Assembly (NCBI GenBank): GCA_010356995.1
Contig: ML996697.1
Span: 554,153 to 618,152, forward strand
DNA from: Trichodelitschia bisporula
Lineage: Eukaryota
DNA length: 64,000 bases
Direction: 5' to 3'
Made by a program: the position numbers and the translations under genes. A model generated the notes under the pieces. It was not told the DNA's origin. It saw only the letters and a program-made list of their open reading frames with translations, and ran no database searches. The number at the start of each line of letters is the position of its first letter. The stretch's first letter is position 1. Shown one piece after another: positions 12,751 to 25,436 of the stretch.

Positions 12751-15131
12751 ACTGTTTGGGGGACCGTGCGTGGAAATGCTGGGAAAGCGCCGCATTTTCT
12801 GCCTTGGCAACCGCCTGGCCGGCACCAGGCTATGGCCTGTGGGATCCATGGGTGGCTGTGCCTTCCCATTAGCTTCAACAACAAAATCCTTCGATTGATG
12901 CTGATCATCGGCCAGATGGACAGAATTTTGTATCCCGTCATCCGCTGCCTGTAAGGTCTTGTTGATTTCCCATATGCCCATTTTCACGGTCAACAGGCTG
13001 ATCAAGCTAGAACTAGAGATTTCACGTAAACTCTACATCCGTAATGCTAGAGCATCTTCTCCTCCATTCCCGCCGTGCCTTGGTCCGCTCAGTGCTCAAA
13101 ACTCCTTCCGTGCCACCTTCGGAAATGGTGATGGGTGTCGTGAGGTCTTCAGTCAGTGAAAGGCCCTCATGAGCAAGCTTGCTGAACAGCAGGTACCGGG
13201 CGGCTTCCGCGAAGCCAACTGGATGATGTGAAAAGCATCCATATGGTGCATGGCAAACCCCAATGCACTACTCCACAACATCTGACATACGGAAGGAACT
13301 CATCGCGAACCCATCCACTACCGCCTGAAGATTGCCTAAGTGAGGTCTATCAAATCCATCACGCACTTCCTCACGCTTGCGAACCATGCCTGGGCCATTT
13401 ATTCGATTCCGAGTTGTGGTGATAAACACTTCCCCAGTCTTAGTAAGATTTTGATACCAGTCTTTCGAGGTTTGAAGAGTATAACAGGTCGGGCCGTGGC
13501 ATCTTGTCTGTACCTTCCTGGATCCTGAAGAGAACCGTCAATTGTCGGAGCTCGACTTTTACGACACTAGTTCGACCATCGATGCGAGCGGGCGAAATCG
13601 CGAACTTGCTGGCATCCGAAAAAGGCCTTAGCTGTACACTTGATCATTTGTCCATCACTCGGCTCTCCGTTCGGTATGGCATATCGCTTTGCATCTGTGA
13701 CTGCTTCTGGCCTCAGTATCGTATGTCATTCGAGGGCATTCCATATTCGGCGATTCATGAGCAAAAGGAGCATTTGTTCGCAATGACGAACTGAAGCTTT
13801 GGGGAGGATATCTCGCATCTGGTGCAATTAGGAGAGGCACTGATGTCGTCGGCCCATCGGCGTTTTCATAGCGCCGGGCACACAGTACAGCATACCACAG
13901 TACCACAAGCGTCCGATGAGCTAAACCTAGCACATGGACGCGAATGCCCCATGTCTAAGAGTACATTCCGCTAAAAGTCGCTTTCGATATGTATATGGTG
14001 AGGCATTTTACACAGTACAGCGGAATCTCGACAGTGGCCTCGGACACTTGCTAGGACATGATTCGAGCCTAAATTACTTGGTTTTTTTTGACAGGAGATG
14101 ACTCTTTTGCGCATTCGACTGGAAGGTAGAGTAGGCGCAGGCAGACAGAGGAAATACCTTGTACCTTCAACTTGGGAATTGTTTGCCTTGTCTATTGCGC
14201 TGCGAAGGCGGAAATCCACATTCGTCCATGCTGAGCGATTTGGCGGGGTGAGTGGAGTCTGACGAGGCTGCCCCGCATTTCGATAACGGAGACACTTCCA
14301 ATCAAGCACCAGGCTACGGGGGCTTGCCGCTAGTAGCCGCCAATCAGTGCGTCTCCCGTCACTTGTGACTTGTAGCTTGTGACTGTTGCTTTCCCCGCCC
14401 AGGTTGTGAGCTGTCTGGTTGTGTGAGCTATCAGCGAAAGTGGCCGGCAAACATGAGCCCTATCACGATAGAGAGATAGGAGTATGTGGAAGGGAGAAGG
14501 AGAGTCGAAAGAACCGCAGGTTGATTCTCTTAAGTACTAGAACTACATTACGGAGTACTGCTACGGGCTCTACATATTAGAACTAGGACCCGATTCGGGC
14601 TGAGTGTGAGTCCTGTAACAGCGCATAGGCTGTACCCCGACCGGCTACACCCCACTTTCCACACACACCCATCGCTCTCTCCTCCCATTGCTATCCGCTT
14701 GCTTGCTCGTCTGGGGTCCGCTCCTTCTCCGTCTCCGTCTCTCCCGCTTTTATCTTTGCTGGTACTCTCTACCTCAGACAGGCAGCCATCACCACCACCA
14801 TCACCACCACCCCTCGCACCTTCTCTCAACATAAGTAACCATCCGTCATTCCCGTCGCGCCTTCCCCAAGATCCTACCCCTCAGTTGAAAAGAAGCTAGG
14901 CAGCAATCGAAATCGCTGCCTTGAAAGTCTTGGCAACTCTAAGCCCCCCCTACCCCTCTCCTCTCCTCCCTCAGGCTCTTGATCCTCGAACCTAAACCAT
15001 TTCATCTCACCACGACGGCCTCAAAACTCTCCCGTCCCTCCGTTGCAAAACTGGATACTATCTTATCCTCTGCTGCACGCGTAGCCTCTTTATGAAGGTG
15101 CCATTAGGTCTCGCCGCTCACTCACACTTTC

Positions 15132-17116
15132 ATGATGAATCCCGCCAGCCCTACTGACCAGCAAGGTATCGCCTTATTCCCCTCCCTCCTTGACACGTAC
15201 TTCAAGCCTGCCCCGCACTTCCGCCGGACGTGGGGAGACTTGAGGTTACGTACCTGCTCCATATCTAACTTTCTCCCAGCAGCCGACGCCGAACTTTGCC
15301 TTCAACTTGTTGAGGGCGAAGACTCCGTGCCTGTGCGTCGCGTACCGTTGTTCGTCGGTTCAACCATCCCGGTAGGCCGCGCTACAAGCAGTGGTACGAA
15401 ACAGGACAGCGTAGCAGCTCCTACCAACGTCCTTCTCAAGAATCCGGTCATTTCAAGGCGTCACGCACACTTCGTCTTCGAAGATTCGAACATGAATGTA
15501 AGTTCCGTTCTGTTCCCTCCATCTCCCCCACCCGTCTTTAATCTCCGAACCCAACCGTCATCCTTTATAAGTCAAGACTTCCGGACCCATGCTTACGGAG
15601 TGTCTACCAGGAGGCAGAACTCATTGTCCAGGACTTGGGCAGCTGCCACGGGACGTTCGTCAACGGAGTTCCTCTCCAGAACAAGAAGCATTACGTGAAG
15701 AGCGGCGACAAGATTCAGTTTGGGAACCGTGTGATCAGGGGGGACGGTGAGCATTCCACTTTCGATCCTGATGGTTCGTTGGCTAATAGAGTTGCAGAGG
15801 ACTTCCGACCGCCCGTTTTCTCAGCGCAGGTCAACAACCTCATAAGTGAGAGCTCCGTTTCCGAAGTCGACTCGAAAGCTCCACGAGGGGCGCAATACAC
15901 TTTAGCGTCTCACGAATCCGACGAGTCCGACTGTTCACTCGACCAGAGCGACGAAGACTCCGACTTCATACGCCCTTTCCCAAGCACCTCTCGTCGTACC
16001 ACGCCGAGCCATATGGTGCCTTCTTCCGTTGACAACGCCCCAGGGGCACACAAGTATGGGGGCCGCTTTAGCCTAACTATCGGCGACGGGAGAGGTACTC
16101 CTTTCATGCTGTCAAGCGAAATTGACGACGAGGATGACGTCTACTCTGAGCCAACGTTCATTCCGCAATCCGGACAGCATACCGAAGCATTGGAGCCGGA
16201 ATACTCCGATGGTGACCATAATGAGGAGCTTGATGAAGACTCAGATCAATCCGAAGGCGAGGATAATGATGAAAACTCCGAAGATGATGAAGCCGGCGTC
16301 ATGGCCGAAGAAGCTTTGGAACAGTCGGATGAGGAAGAAGAGAAACTCCCGTCCTACGACCCTGGCTTACCCAGAGCCTACGGCCACCCCCGTACGCAAG
16401 AGCGTGTTGACGAGCGGTTTAACATTTCCGTTGCTCCTCAGCTGTGGGCGCAGCTCGATCCTATGCTGGCTCTGCAAGCATTCCGTCCGTCCTCAACGAT
16501 GGGCAACCAGACGATGCCCTCTCCGCTACTTTCGGATTTTCACATCATGGAGAACACGCCGGGGCCAGATGCCTTCGCCTTCCCGACGACTTACGACCAT
16601 GTTCCGGAGTCCAGCCAGCCTATGGCGAAAGCCAATACGTTCCATGCTCCTCCTCCAGTCATCAGTGTACCCCTTGCGGACGAGCCTACCATTGTCCACG
16701 AAAAGCCCATGAGTAAAGGCCACATGTCTATTGACAGCCTGATCAACCCTCCAAGTGTTGAGCCCGATGTCTATGAGGCTGCGCCTGTCCTAAGCAAGAA
16801 GCGCAAGGCAGAAGAAATTTCGGACGATGAGGAAGTTGAGAAGATCACGCCTGAAGCGAGTGAGGAGTCCGTCGCCTCGACAGACTTGGCTCCGAAGCAG
16901 GTGACAGAGCAGGCTCCGGAGGATGTCACTTCCAACTCCGCAGTTGAGATCACTGCCGTATCGACGATCAGTGTTAGGCACCTCGATAGCGGCACCGAGC
17001 CTTCTCGGAAGCGGGCCAGACTCACCTTTGCTGCAGGTGCGCTTACTGGCACAGTTGCCGGTGGCTTCGGGATGCTGGCCATTTTGGCGAGCTTGCCAGC
17101 CGGTTTCTTCGCATGA
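15132..17116 (+). CDS. FHA-domain protein with acidic disordered middle and C-terminal transmembrane anchor; 4 exons
   Basis: Introns 15166-15279, 15498-15610, 15747-15797. FHA motifs VGRA, PVISRRHA, DLGSCHGTFVNG. Hydrophobic C-terminus. Confidence 0.8.
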
Positions 17117-17494
17117 ATTGACATCATTGAGGACATGTAATGACTTGCTAGTTCTAGATGCTAGGGATTATGGGATGGTGGGGGCAACTTGCTTTTATGA
17201 GGAGTTCTGGGATTATGACTTATGGCTCTCTTAGTGTCGGTAGTTGTGATGATGCATATGTAAGTGGGGTCGGTATCGATTCGTATTCAATGTCTTCGCT
17301 CCGTGAGCCCGCTCTGCAAAGCTAGCCACAGTATTCTGACTGTTTCAAATGTGCCTGGCGGCGGACTAGACAGTTTGTGGACCCAAAACATTGTTAATTT
17401 ATGTCGAGGACGTTCCATAGATCTATGCTATGATGCGCTTCACCGCCTCTTCGGTATGAGTGACAGCCAACGAAACCAGATGCAATGCAGCCAT

Positions 17495-19870
17495 TCACCC
17501 TTCTTTCCGCTCCACCTCACCATTGCTCTGTTCCCCGGATGATCCCATATTATCACTCCCCCCATTCTTCAGAACATGTCCGTTCTCACTCGCCTCCACA
17601 TCCGAAATATAATCGTCAAAGAACACACTACTCTGCCTCTCAATCTCATCCATCACGCTCCCTCTCCGGAGAAAGCTGCCGGATCGCTTGTATACGCTCT
17701 GCCTCGCCTCATCATGCAAGCTCTCTGACGCGGCATCTCCAGCCGGTGTCCGGGTGCCAGACCACCACCCAGAAAGGCTAAACTTGGACGAGGCATAAGG
17801 GCTCCCAGGCTGGCGGCGCAGTTCCTCCTCATCCGCCTCGGATCCAGCCACCGACGACGCCGTGCTAGAGTCAACCGAGCCATCGATGCCTCGCGCGTCC
17901 CTGAGCAACGCCGCGAGATCGTCCTCGCTGAGCACAGCAGCCAGGCCATTGTCCGGTGCCCAGGTCGGCCGGTTCGCGCGGCGGCCCTGCTCGATGAGCT
18001 GCTCGATACGCATGCGGTTGCTCGTAAACTTGAGCTTGGGCCACGCTGCCATCTGGCCGACGTGGATCATGCGGGCGAGGCGTATGGGAGTGGGGTCGCT
18101 GAGGATGTACCAGAAGTCGCTGGGCATGCATTTGGGCCAGATAGTGATGGTGCCGCTGAAGCGCTGCAGCCAGATCTCGCTCCAGTCTTGGCCGAGAGGG
18201 CGTGGGAGGAGCTCCAGGTGCCGCAGCACTTTGAGCCACTTGGTTAGGTCGAGCTTGAGGTATTGCTCTGTTGCACTGCCTAGGAAGCCGCCGCGCCAGC
18301 CGCGACCGCGGCGGTGAGTGACGGGGCGGCCGACGGTGCCGCGGGAGGAGAAGAAGAAGAGGTTGATGTGCGGGTTGACTTGAGAGACGACGGAGAAGTT
18401 GACGTTGAAGTGGAGGTTTAGCGACTTGATTGGGATGTCGGTGCGTAGGGAGCCGTCCTTCCATTTGTGACCGAAGCTGTACGGCTCCAGTTTGCCGGAT
18501 TTTGTCTTCTTCATGAGAACCACAGGATTCAGAATGCCCGGTACAGCGGCACTGGCGAGAACAGCGCTCCAGATGACGCAGTCTGGACTGGTCAGGTAGT
18601 TCGCCAGGATGGTTGGCGAGTGTGGGTCGGATGGCACGCAGGATACGTTCAGGATGCGCCCCGTACGCTCATAGGCTTCGCGGAAAGTCATACTGCCCCT
18701 AGTGAACCACGAACACCGACGCGCCCAATCCACATTGTCAAAGCGTGCGCCGGTTCTCCACCAGCGCCGTAGCCAGGTCAGCGTGCTTTCGTGGCAGGCC
18801 GTGATCCTGTTCGCCAGAGCAGGCACAAGCAGCCGTTTCAACTCCTCGTTTGTGCGTGTTCCAAGCAGAGCCGCAACCAGGGCACCACCAGAAGTCCCTG
18901 TGATGACATCCGGAAGGAGGTCAGCATCGATGAGCGCCTTTGCAATGCCAAAGTGGTAGTACGCAAAAGTCGCTCCTCCACTGAGGCAAAGTGCAGAACG
19001 ACCATAGTTTGTATGCAGGTGTTTGAATAGAGACCGTTTGTCCTCTGTACTGAGCTGCTGCGTCCGGTTGAGAAGTTGCAGAGAGGCCTCCACCTCTTCC
19101 ACAAACTTCTGCACCAGATCCTTTGTGCCGTAGTAGGTTTCGCTGTAGAGCCGAGGGTTCTCGAAGCCAGAAAAATTGTTCTTAACGCTGGCTTCCACTA
19201 AGCCACGAAGCTCATCAATGGCGCGCTGGCCTCCCGAGTCACCGTTGAGCGCCGGGTATGTTTCCTCCTCCTCTGCCTGCTTGCGGTATTTTGACATCTG
19301 CGACACAACCTTTCGAATCGTCTTGCTGTCATAGTAGGCGTACTCATCCTCTCTCTTCCACTTGTCGTTTCCCAAATAAATGTCCAATGCTTCCGCATGC
19401 CGAATCCACTCCTCATAGCTCTTGGAGGCCCGCAGATCGCCCCTCAGCCGGTTCCTCCGTCCCCGCCAGGTCCACCAGTGCTCGTACAGGAAAATGTAGA
19501 GTCGCGTGAATCCGTAGGATATTCCAAGGAACACGATCCATCCAAATATGCCCAGGAGTAACGGCCATTTGAGCAGACCATACACAAAACCTTCCCTGGT
19601 CTCATCTCTGCCTCTAGCTAGCGCCTTCTTGGTTCTCCGCCGCACTCGCTGGCGAACAGGGCGCCAGTCGTTCAGCGCAGTTATGAAAAGGGAGGAAGAT
19701 TGGCCAGGCCCTGGGGAGGTAAGGTCATCTTGCGAAGGCGACAGCTCGGGGACAGCGAGTGCTTCGGCGAAGGCGTCAAGAGCTTCCTCCTGAATGAAAT
19801 CGCAGTCATAGTCAGGTAAGAGGGTGAAGTCGAAGTCAGAAGACTTGTTGTGAGCATCGGCTTTGGCCAT
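17495..19870 (-). CDS. Patatin-like phospholipase / triacylglycerol lipase (TGL3/4/5-like)
   Basis: Single 791-aa ORF with LCLSGGATFAYYHFG, GTSGG, ASAAVPG, KWKDGS and an N-terminal TM segment. Confidence 0.93.
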   Translation of the reverse strand: MAKADAHNKSSDFDFTLLPDYDCDFIQEEALDAFAEALAVPELSPSQDDLTSPGPGQSSSLFITALNDWRPVRQRVRRRTKKALARGRDETREGFVYGLLKWPLLLGIFGWIVFLGISYGFTRLYIFLYEHWWTWRGRRNRLRGDLRASKSYEEWIRHAEALDIYLGNDKWKREDEYAYYDSKTIRKVVSQMSKYRKQAEEEETYPALNGDSGGQRAIDELRGLVEASVKNNFSGFENPRLYSETYYGTKDLVQKFVEEVEASLQLLNRTQQLSTEDKRSLFKHLHTNYGRSALCLSGGATFAYYHFGIAKALIDADLLPDVITGTSGGALVAALLGTRTNEELKRLLVPALANRITACHESTLTWLRRWWRTGARFDNVDWARRCSWFTRGSMTFREAYERTGRILNVSCVPSDPHSPTILANYLTSPDCVIWSAVLASAAVPGILNPVVLMKKTKSGKLEPYSFGHKWKDGSLRTDIPIKSLNLHFNVNFSVVSQVNPHINLFFFSSRGTVGRPVTHRRGRGWRGGFLGSATEQYLKLDLTKWLKVLRHLELLPRPLGQDWSEIWLQRFSGTITIWPKCMPSDFWYILSDPTPIRLARMIHVGQMAAWPKLKFTSNRMRIEQLIEQGRRANRPTWAPDNGLAAVLSEDDLAALLRDARGIDGSVDSSTASSVAGSEADEEELRRQPGSPYASSKFSLSGWWSGTRTPAGDAASESLHDEARQSVYKRSGSFLRRGSVMDEIERQSSVFFDDYISDVEASENGHVLKNGGSDNMGSSGEQSNGEVERKEG

Positions 19871-20191
19871 GGGTGTGAGGACGAAGTGGTGAAAGAGCCA
19901 TGGAAGTGCAAGACGGTTAAATGCGTGTGAATAGCCGCGAAGGCGACGACAGCTAGCTGGCCTTTAAAGTGACGTCGGTAGGTGGGCCAGAAAGGGCTTG
20001 GGGGGTTCCACACACAAGCACCTGAGCACACACCAAGCGCACCAAGTGCACACCAAGTGGGACTGGACCGTTGTGCCCCTCTTCTCTCCTCTTTGATCTC
20101 ACCACCGAGACTCTCCCCCATCGCCACCATCGCACTCCATCATTTCCTCTTCCGCTTCCTCTGATTTCTTTGCGGGGCATGATCTCGTCTC

Positions 20192-21688
20192 ATGATCTGT
20201 CTGATGACTCCTGCAGCTCATCATCCTTCCCCTGCAGCAATCGCACATCTGTCCCTTGCTTTTCGGGCCCAACACCGCAGTCTTAAGCCACGTCGGCTTT
20301 TCCCTCCGCCTTCGCATCAAAATCTACTTACCCTTGCTATTGAGACTTCTTGCGATGACACCGCCGTCGCGATCCTTGAAAAGTCCGGCGCTCGCGCCCG
20401 GCTTCATTTCAGTCACAAAATAAGCTCCAACAATGTTGCTTATCACGGCATTCATCCGGTTGTGGCCCTTGAGTCTCACCAGGAGAACTTGTCGTCGTTA
20501 GTCCAGAAGGCTTTGCATCATCTTCCTCACCACGATGGCGTCTCCCCTCAGAATGTCGTCGGGATATCCAGCGTTCAAGGCTCTATAGCATGGAAACAGA
20601 AGCCCGACTTTATCGCCGTAACTCGCGGACCCGGCATGCGCTCAAACCTCGCCAACGGCATTGACACTGCAAAGGGACTGGCCGTGGCATGGCAAATACC
20701 TCTCGTAGGAGTCCATCATATGCAAGCGCATGCTCTAACTCCTCGTCTTGTATCTGCACTAGAGCCACCCGCAAGCCTAGCGCACGTTGACGTCGTCGGC
20801 GACACTCAAGACCTGAGACCCATCTTCCCATTCATGTCACTTCTAGTCTCCGGCGGCCATACACTGCTGCTGCGGTGCCGTAGTATCACAGAGCACGAAA
20901 TTCTTGCTTCAACGGCAGATTGTGCGATTGGCGACTGTATAGACAAGGTCAGCCGTGCCATTTTACCGGACTCTGTTTTGTCTGAGGCCAAATCTGTAAT
21001 GTATGGACCATTACTGGAGCGCTTCGTCTTCAAGTCGCCAGACGACTACCACTACACTCCTCCTGCGAATCGGCGCGAGGAAGTTGAGCTTTGTCAGGCG
21101 CCTGGGCCGTTTGGATGGCCCTTCCCCACCCCTTTGACAATCTCTTCAGGCGGCAGGAAGTGGCGTGCCATGGAATTCAGTTTTACTGGTCTAGTAACCT
21201 ATACAAGCCGGCTAATAACAAACGGCTGGGACACAGAAAGAAACAAACCGAGTCAAACTCCCCGGACGGAACCCATATCCGAAGCTGAAGCCCGATGGAT
21301 AGCTCGGGAGTGCATGCGGTCTGCTTTTGAGCATCTTGCAAGCCGCGCCATCATGGCTCTAGAAGAAGAAGTTCAGTCGGGTTGTGCAACGTCGCAAACC
21401 CTCGTCTTGAGTGGAGGCGTTGCGGCCAATGGCTTTCTGCGCCATGTTATGCGGTCCTATCTGGATGCGCGTGGATTTTCCGGAGTGCAGCTGGCCTACC
21501 CTCCGGTGGCCCTCTGCACTGATAATGCAGCGATGATTGCTTGGGCTGGATGTGAAATGTTCGAAGCCGGTCATAGCGACTCGCTGCGGATACGCGCTCT
21601 CCGGAAGTGGAGCTTGGAAAATATTCTTCATCCTGAAAGGGAGGAGGGCCCTCGGGATCCGTCTACGGGACCGGTCGTAGCTGATTAA
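20192..21688 (+). CDS. QRI7: Mitochondrial tRNA N6-threonylcarbamoyltransferase (Kae1/TsaD family)
   Basis: Motifs AIETSCDDT, AVTRGPG, HHMQAH, LLVSGGHT, SGGVAAN, CTDNAAMIAW. The N-terminal extension suggests a presequence. The exact start is uncertain. Confidence 0.9.
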   Translation: MICLMTPAAHHPSPAAIAHLSLAFRAQHRSLKPRRLFPPPSHQNLLTLAIETSCDDTAVAILEKSGARARLHFSHKISSNNVAYHGIHPVVALESHQENLSSLVQKALHHLPHHDGVSPQNVVGISSVQGSIAWKQKPDFIAVTRGPGMRSNLANGIDTAKGLAVAWQIPLVGVHHMQAHALTPRLVSALEPPASLAHVDVVGDTQDLRPIFPFMSLLVSGGHTLLLRCRSITEHEILASTADCAIGDCIDKVSRAILPDSVLSEAKSVMYGPLLERFVFKSPDDYHYTPPANRREEVELCQAPGPFGWPFPTPLTISSGGRKWRAMEFSFTGLVTYTSRLITNGWDTERNKPSQTPRTEPISEAEARWIARECMRSAFEHLASRAIMALEEEVQSGCATSQTLVLSGGVAANGFLRHVMRSYLDARGFSGVQLAYPPVALCTDNAAMIAWAGCEMFEAGHSDSLRIRALRKWSLENILHPEREEGPRDPSTGPVVAD

Positions 21689-21780
21689 TGGAGACAATTA
21701 CTCCAAATCCAACGTCTCGTCACGCATTTCACCGTGATCATGAAGACTGAGATCGATGATGAACCCCTGTTGTATCAATT

Positions 21781-23220
21781 CTATGTCAACAAAGCCCTTC
21801 TCTCCGATTCCGTTCTGCATCTATCAGCCTTGTCCGCGTCTTCCACTCTGAATCGTCATACATGGGGATTACGGAACCATGTCTTGGCCGCTTCGGCAAC
21901 TGGTAATTTCGTGATGGAATCCAATTCCCTGAGGCGATGTCGGTGGACTCGAACGGCACATAGCCGCGCCCTGTCCCTGTACATCAATTGAGAGCTAGAG
22001 AAAGCGCCTTGAATGGTAGCTCACCACCAAACTCGTCAATAAACATGTGCCACTAACACTGGTTAGGATCGGCGGACACTTATCAAAAAGATCTCCTACC
22101 TTGTTGCGAACCGAGTTCGAAGCGAATACCAGAGGGCCTTCTCCCCGGGCTATGGGCCCCTTGCCTATCCCCACCTTCACTGTCCTCCAATTGCCCATGA
22201 GACTGTCGCTCGACTCCTGGAATATGAACTTCCCATTTGGTGTGGCAGCATTCTGCGCTCGTTCATCCTTGCTGAAGCGGTAGTACCTGGCAGACCTTTC
22301 GTCATAGACGATGGTAGTATCAATCACTGAGAATCCGGTGTCGATGTATGTCTCGGCTGGCGTAAACGTTTTGAAGTCCTTGGTAGTTGCGCGAAGGATA
22401 CGATGGTACGACGAGCTGCCGTGAGAAGGATCGTTTGCTGGATACAGCGTACTCGCCCAGAAGACTAGGTAATGCCCCCTTTGCGTGTCATAGATCGCTT
22501 CAGGCGCCCAGCTCCTTCGTGTTAGCCGCGTTCCTCCCCTGATAGTACGGGCACCTACGTGTTCCCCACTGTTGGAGGGGAGACCTGAACAAGTCTCGCA
22601 AATGTAAGCACTGATGCAATCGTTTGGGATAGCAGTTGGCTACCTCGGTCCGCTCCATTGCTTCAAATCACTCGACTCCCAGACTACAATATTCCGGCTT
22701 CCGTGTTTCGAGGCAGCTCCCCAGTCTCCCTTTCCATTCATCTTGAGGTCCTTAATCCCGGCATAGCATCAGAAGATCTCCTCAAGCACCAAGTAAGGCA
22801 AAGTGAGGGGCATACAGTAGCCAGGATCCAGAACTTGGATCCATCATGAGCTCGAATGATGGTCGGGTCGCGCACACCTCGTGTCCCAACCGTGGAAGCC
22901 AAATACGGTTTCCCGTTTTTCGTTTCCGTCCAGTTGAGGGGGTTGTTGCCATTGCTCACGGCGAAGTATATGCTCTCTCCATCCTGGTTGCGACTTTAGC
23001 TCCGCCACTTTGACCACGAGTTCCGGTGCCCGGCGGCTTACTGAGTATCCCTCTCCGGTGAACTTCGGTCATTCAGGGTCAGTTATTTCCATGCTCGGCA
23101 AAGGCTGGCGCTCACGTAGGCAAAGAGATAGCCTCCGAACTGCTTTCCACTCTGTGCCAACGATGCACTTGCGGGAAGCAAGGTTACAGCCAAAGTGAAG
23201 AGCACAGCAAGCCACTTCAT
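21781..23220 (-). CDS. Secreted glycoside hydrolase family 43-type protein (341 aa, 9 exons), largely missed by the ORF track
   Basis: Signal peptide MKWLAVLFTLAVTLLPASA. Exons 23116-23220, 23042-23062, 22816-22983, 22644-22750, 22559-22594, 22100-22511, 22025-22052, 21862-21976, 21781-21814 join in frame. Motifs GYLFAYFTGE, GVRDP, ATDL, GNTWAPE, VIDTT, EGP, RHGSVIPIT. Confidence 0.88.
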
Positions 23221-24452
23221 TATAAGATGAGAGCGGAGGCTCACAGGCTGATCTGGATGGCTAACCAGTAGGTCTAGGTCACAGCATCACAGAGAACTTT
23301 GTCAACGATGTCCAAGCAGCCATCTTGAGAGCCCTAGTGAGGTCAGTGGAGTCACTTAATGCGGAGTAATAAAGCGGCGACCCGCCATATTACCCAGCAT
23401 TGCTAATTGACCGACCACTCGGGCCGAAAGCGATTTCCCGGGCTGTGCTGCTTAGATCTTAGCCCCATGAATACGCATTGTGCTCTATTACGAGTAGTAT
23501 CGTGATAAATCAACTGAGACATGATGCCGAGCCCCGAAGTACCGTATGAGATGAGATGACTGAATCCGCGCGCCGCATCTCGGCTTCTCATGAAGTAAAG
23601 CCGCGAGCAGCACACACCTTTGAATCGCAACTGCGAACCCGGTCCAAATCTACATACGCGTTCCCCAGCAAGGCATTGCGCCCGGCTGTGGTCCGGGATT
23701 TAGCGATCCCCGCCATGCACGTCAGGCCAACCCCCGAACGCCTAGGAGGCTTGGTGAAGAGCGGTATCCCGCCGCCCTAGCATGCAGGCGCAGTAATCGC
23801 GATCGACTGTGGCGATGTTACACAGCACCGTAGATGACAAGTCGGCGGATCGGCACCAACCTTGCGCGACGAGTCGAAGCTCGCCAATGCGGAGCGCGCC
23901 TCGCTCGCGACGAGGCAGAATGCGCCTCGGATTCGGTAGCGTGGCCGGGAGGAGTCACCCCGTGAGGCCGCTGTGTTGTTCTTCGTGTCCTTACGAGGCT
24001 ACATACAGTGTGATGTTGGCAGTACGGTTGCCGGGGATCAGTCCTGCGAAATGAGTGTCGGTGTTGTTGTCGGTGGCCGGTTGGGTGATGGGGCGATGGC
24101 CGACGTGTTTTGGTGGGCGGAGCGTTGCTGGGGGTTAGGGTGAGGAGCGAATGTTGGGTCAGGCCTCACCACCACCCACACTCGTAAGCCGCCTACTGCG
24201 AACGGCCACGGTGATGCTCCCTGGCGGGTGAGATGGCGCGGGGGGCTCATTTTACCAGTTGGCTTGCTTTTCATAGACGGTGGTTGGGGCTTGCGAGAAC
24301 TAGTCTTAGGCGAGCTCGACCTTTCGCCAGATGGAGGCACGACATATATCAGTCGGACAGCCTCGCTTGGGTCCGGACTCTTTTTTGACCCTTTTATTCT
24401 CAGATCCTACTTGGAATATCCCAGTTCTTCTATCACAGCCAAATACATAGTC

Positions 24453-25064
24453 ATGGCTTCATTATCCTACGACCAGACCCGCTGTCCAGGATACGAGTCT
24501 TCACATACGCTCAAGATGCCCCGGAAACGAAGCCGCAGCTCCAAAATCGTCGACTTCGGGCTCCGATTCAAACACTTCGTCTCTGAACACGCCGCCTCAA
24601 ACCCCAAGGGCACCTCAACATCCCATGACTACCAAGCTATCCCACTCGACCCTCCTCCACCGTACACCCCGTCTCAACACCACACCCAGTTCGACCCTTC
24701 GCCTTTAAACGTGGAATCAGTACAATGCCCCCAGAGCTTTGATGCAGCGAGTACTGTTGAACGCCGGCAGGGGCAGGCCCTTTACGGAAGGCACCTTTCC
24801 GTCGCTCAAGCAACGAGCATACCTTCGACCCAATGGCATTCAACCACATCGTCATATTCCACTTCAAGACCACTCAGTTTCCCTGAATACAACCCCTATT
24901 CGCATTTGAGAGCGGTCTCGGACAGCTGTTTGGGCGAGTACAAGGCAGGAAGCGTGTGGGAAAGGATTGGAGAACGGAGAGCAAGACAGCAGGGCGAGTC
25001 TTGCGCTTCAACAGAGTTCTCAACTGGAGGCGGAGTGCAGAATGAATTTCGGAGTGACGAATAG
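24453..25064 (+). CDS. Hypothetical Ser/Pro-rich protein (~203 aa)
   Basis: Open frame from an ATG in good context. Contains PPPPY. No recognisable domain. Confidence 0.4.
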   Translation: MASLSYDQTRCPGYESSHTLKMPRKRSRSSKIVDFGLRFKHFVSEHAASNPKGTSTSHDYQAIPLDPPPPYTPSQHHTQFDPSPLNVESVQCPQSFDAASTVERRQGQALYGRHLSVAQATSIPSTQWHSTTSSYSTSRPLSFPEYNPYSHLRAVSDSCLGEYKAGSVWERIGERRARQQGESCASTEFSTGGGVQNEFRSDE

Positions 25065-25436
25065 AGGCAGGCTGCACACTGACACGGAGGGTCGAAGCTT
25101 GAAGATGTGGTCAGACAGCTTAGTGGAAGCGGAAAATGTACACTGAGGTCTTACAGGCCGACGCCGTGAAAAGCGATGCTCATGCATCCATTCACATATC
25201 CCAAGATATGAACGATCTGAGCTCGTAAACTCAATGCATCGAAATATCCTGTATGGCCATTCACGTTTGCAAAAACAAATGATTCCTCCTGTTGCCTCTG
25301 ACGGATGTCCCATGAATACCGAAGCATGCCCGTCAGCCCAGAGCACTGCAAAAGAAACACCATAACAAGATCACCTTGTACCCCCATTCCACCACCATGA
25401 TCTATGTTCCTCAGCCTCATTGCCAGTGAAACTCAC

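Noticed and set aside
24132..24141. GGGTTAGGGT: telomere-like word or possible telomerase RNA template
   Set aside because: It is a single 1.5-repeat match. I could not identify an associated U-rich pseudoknot or CR4/5 element.
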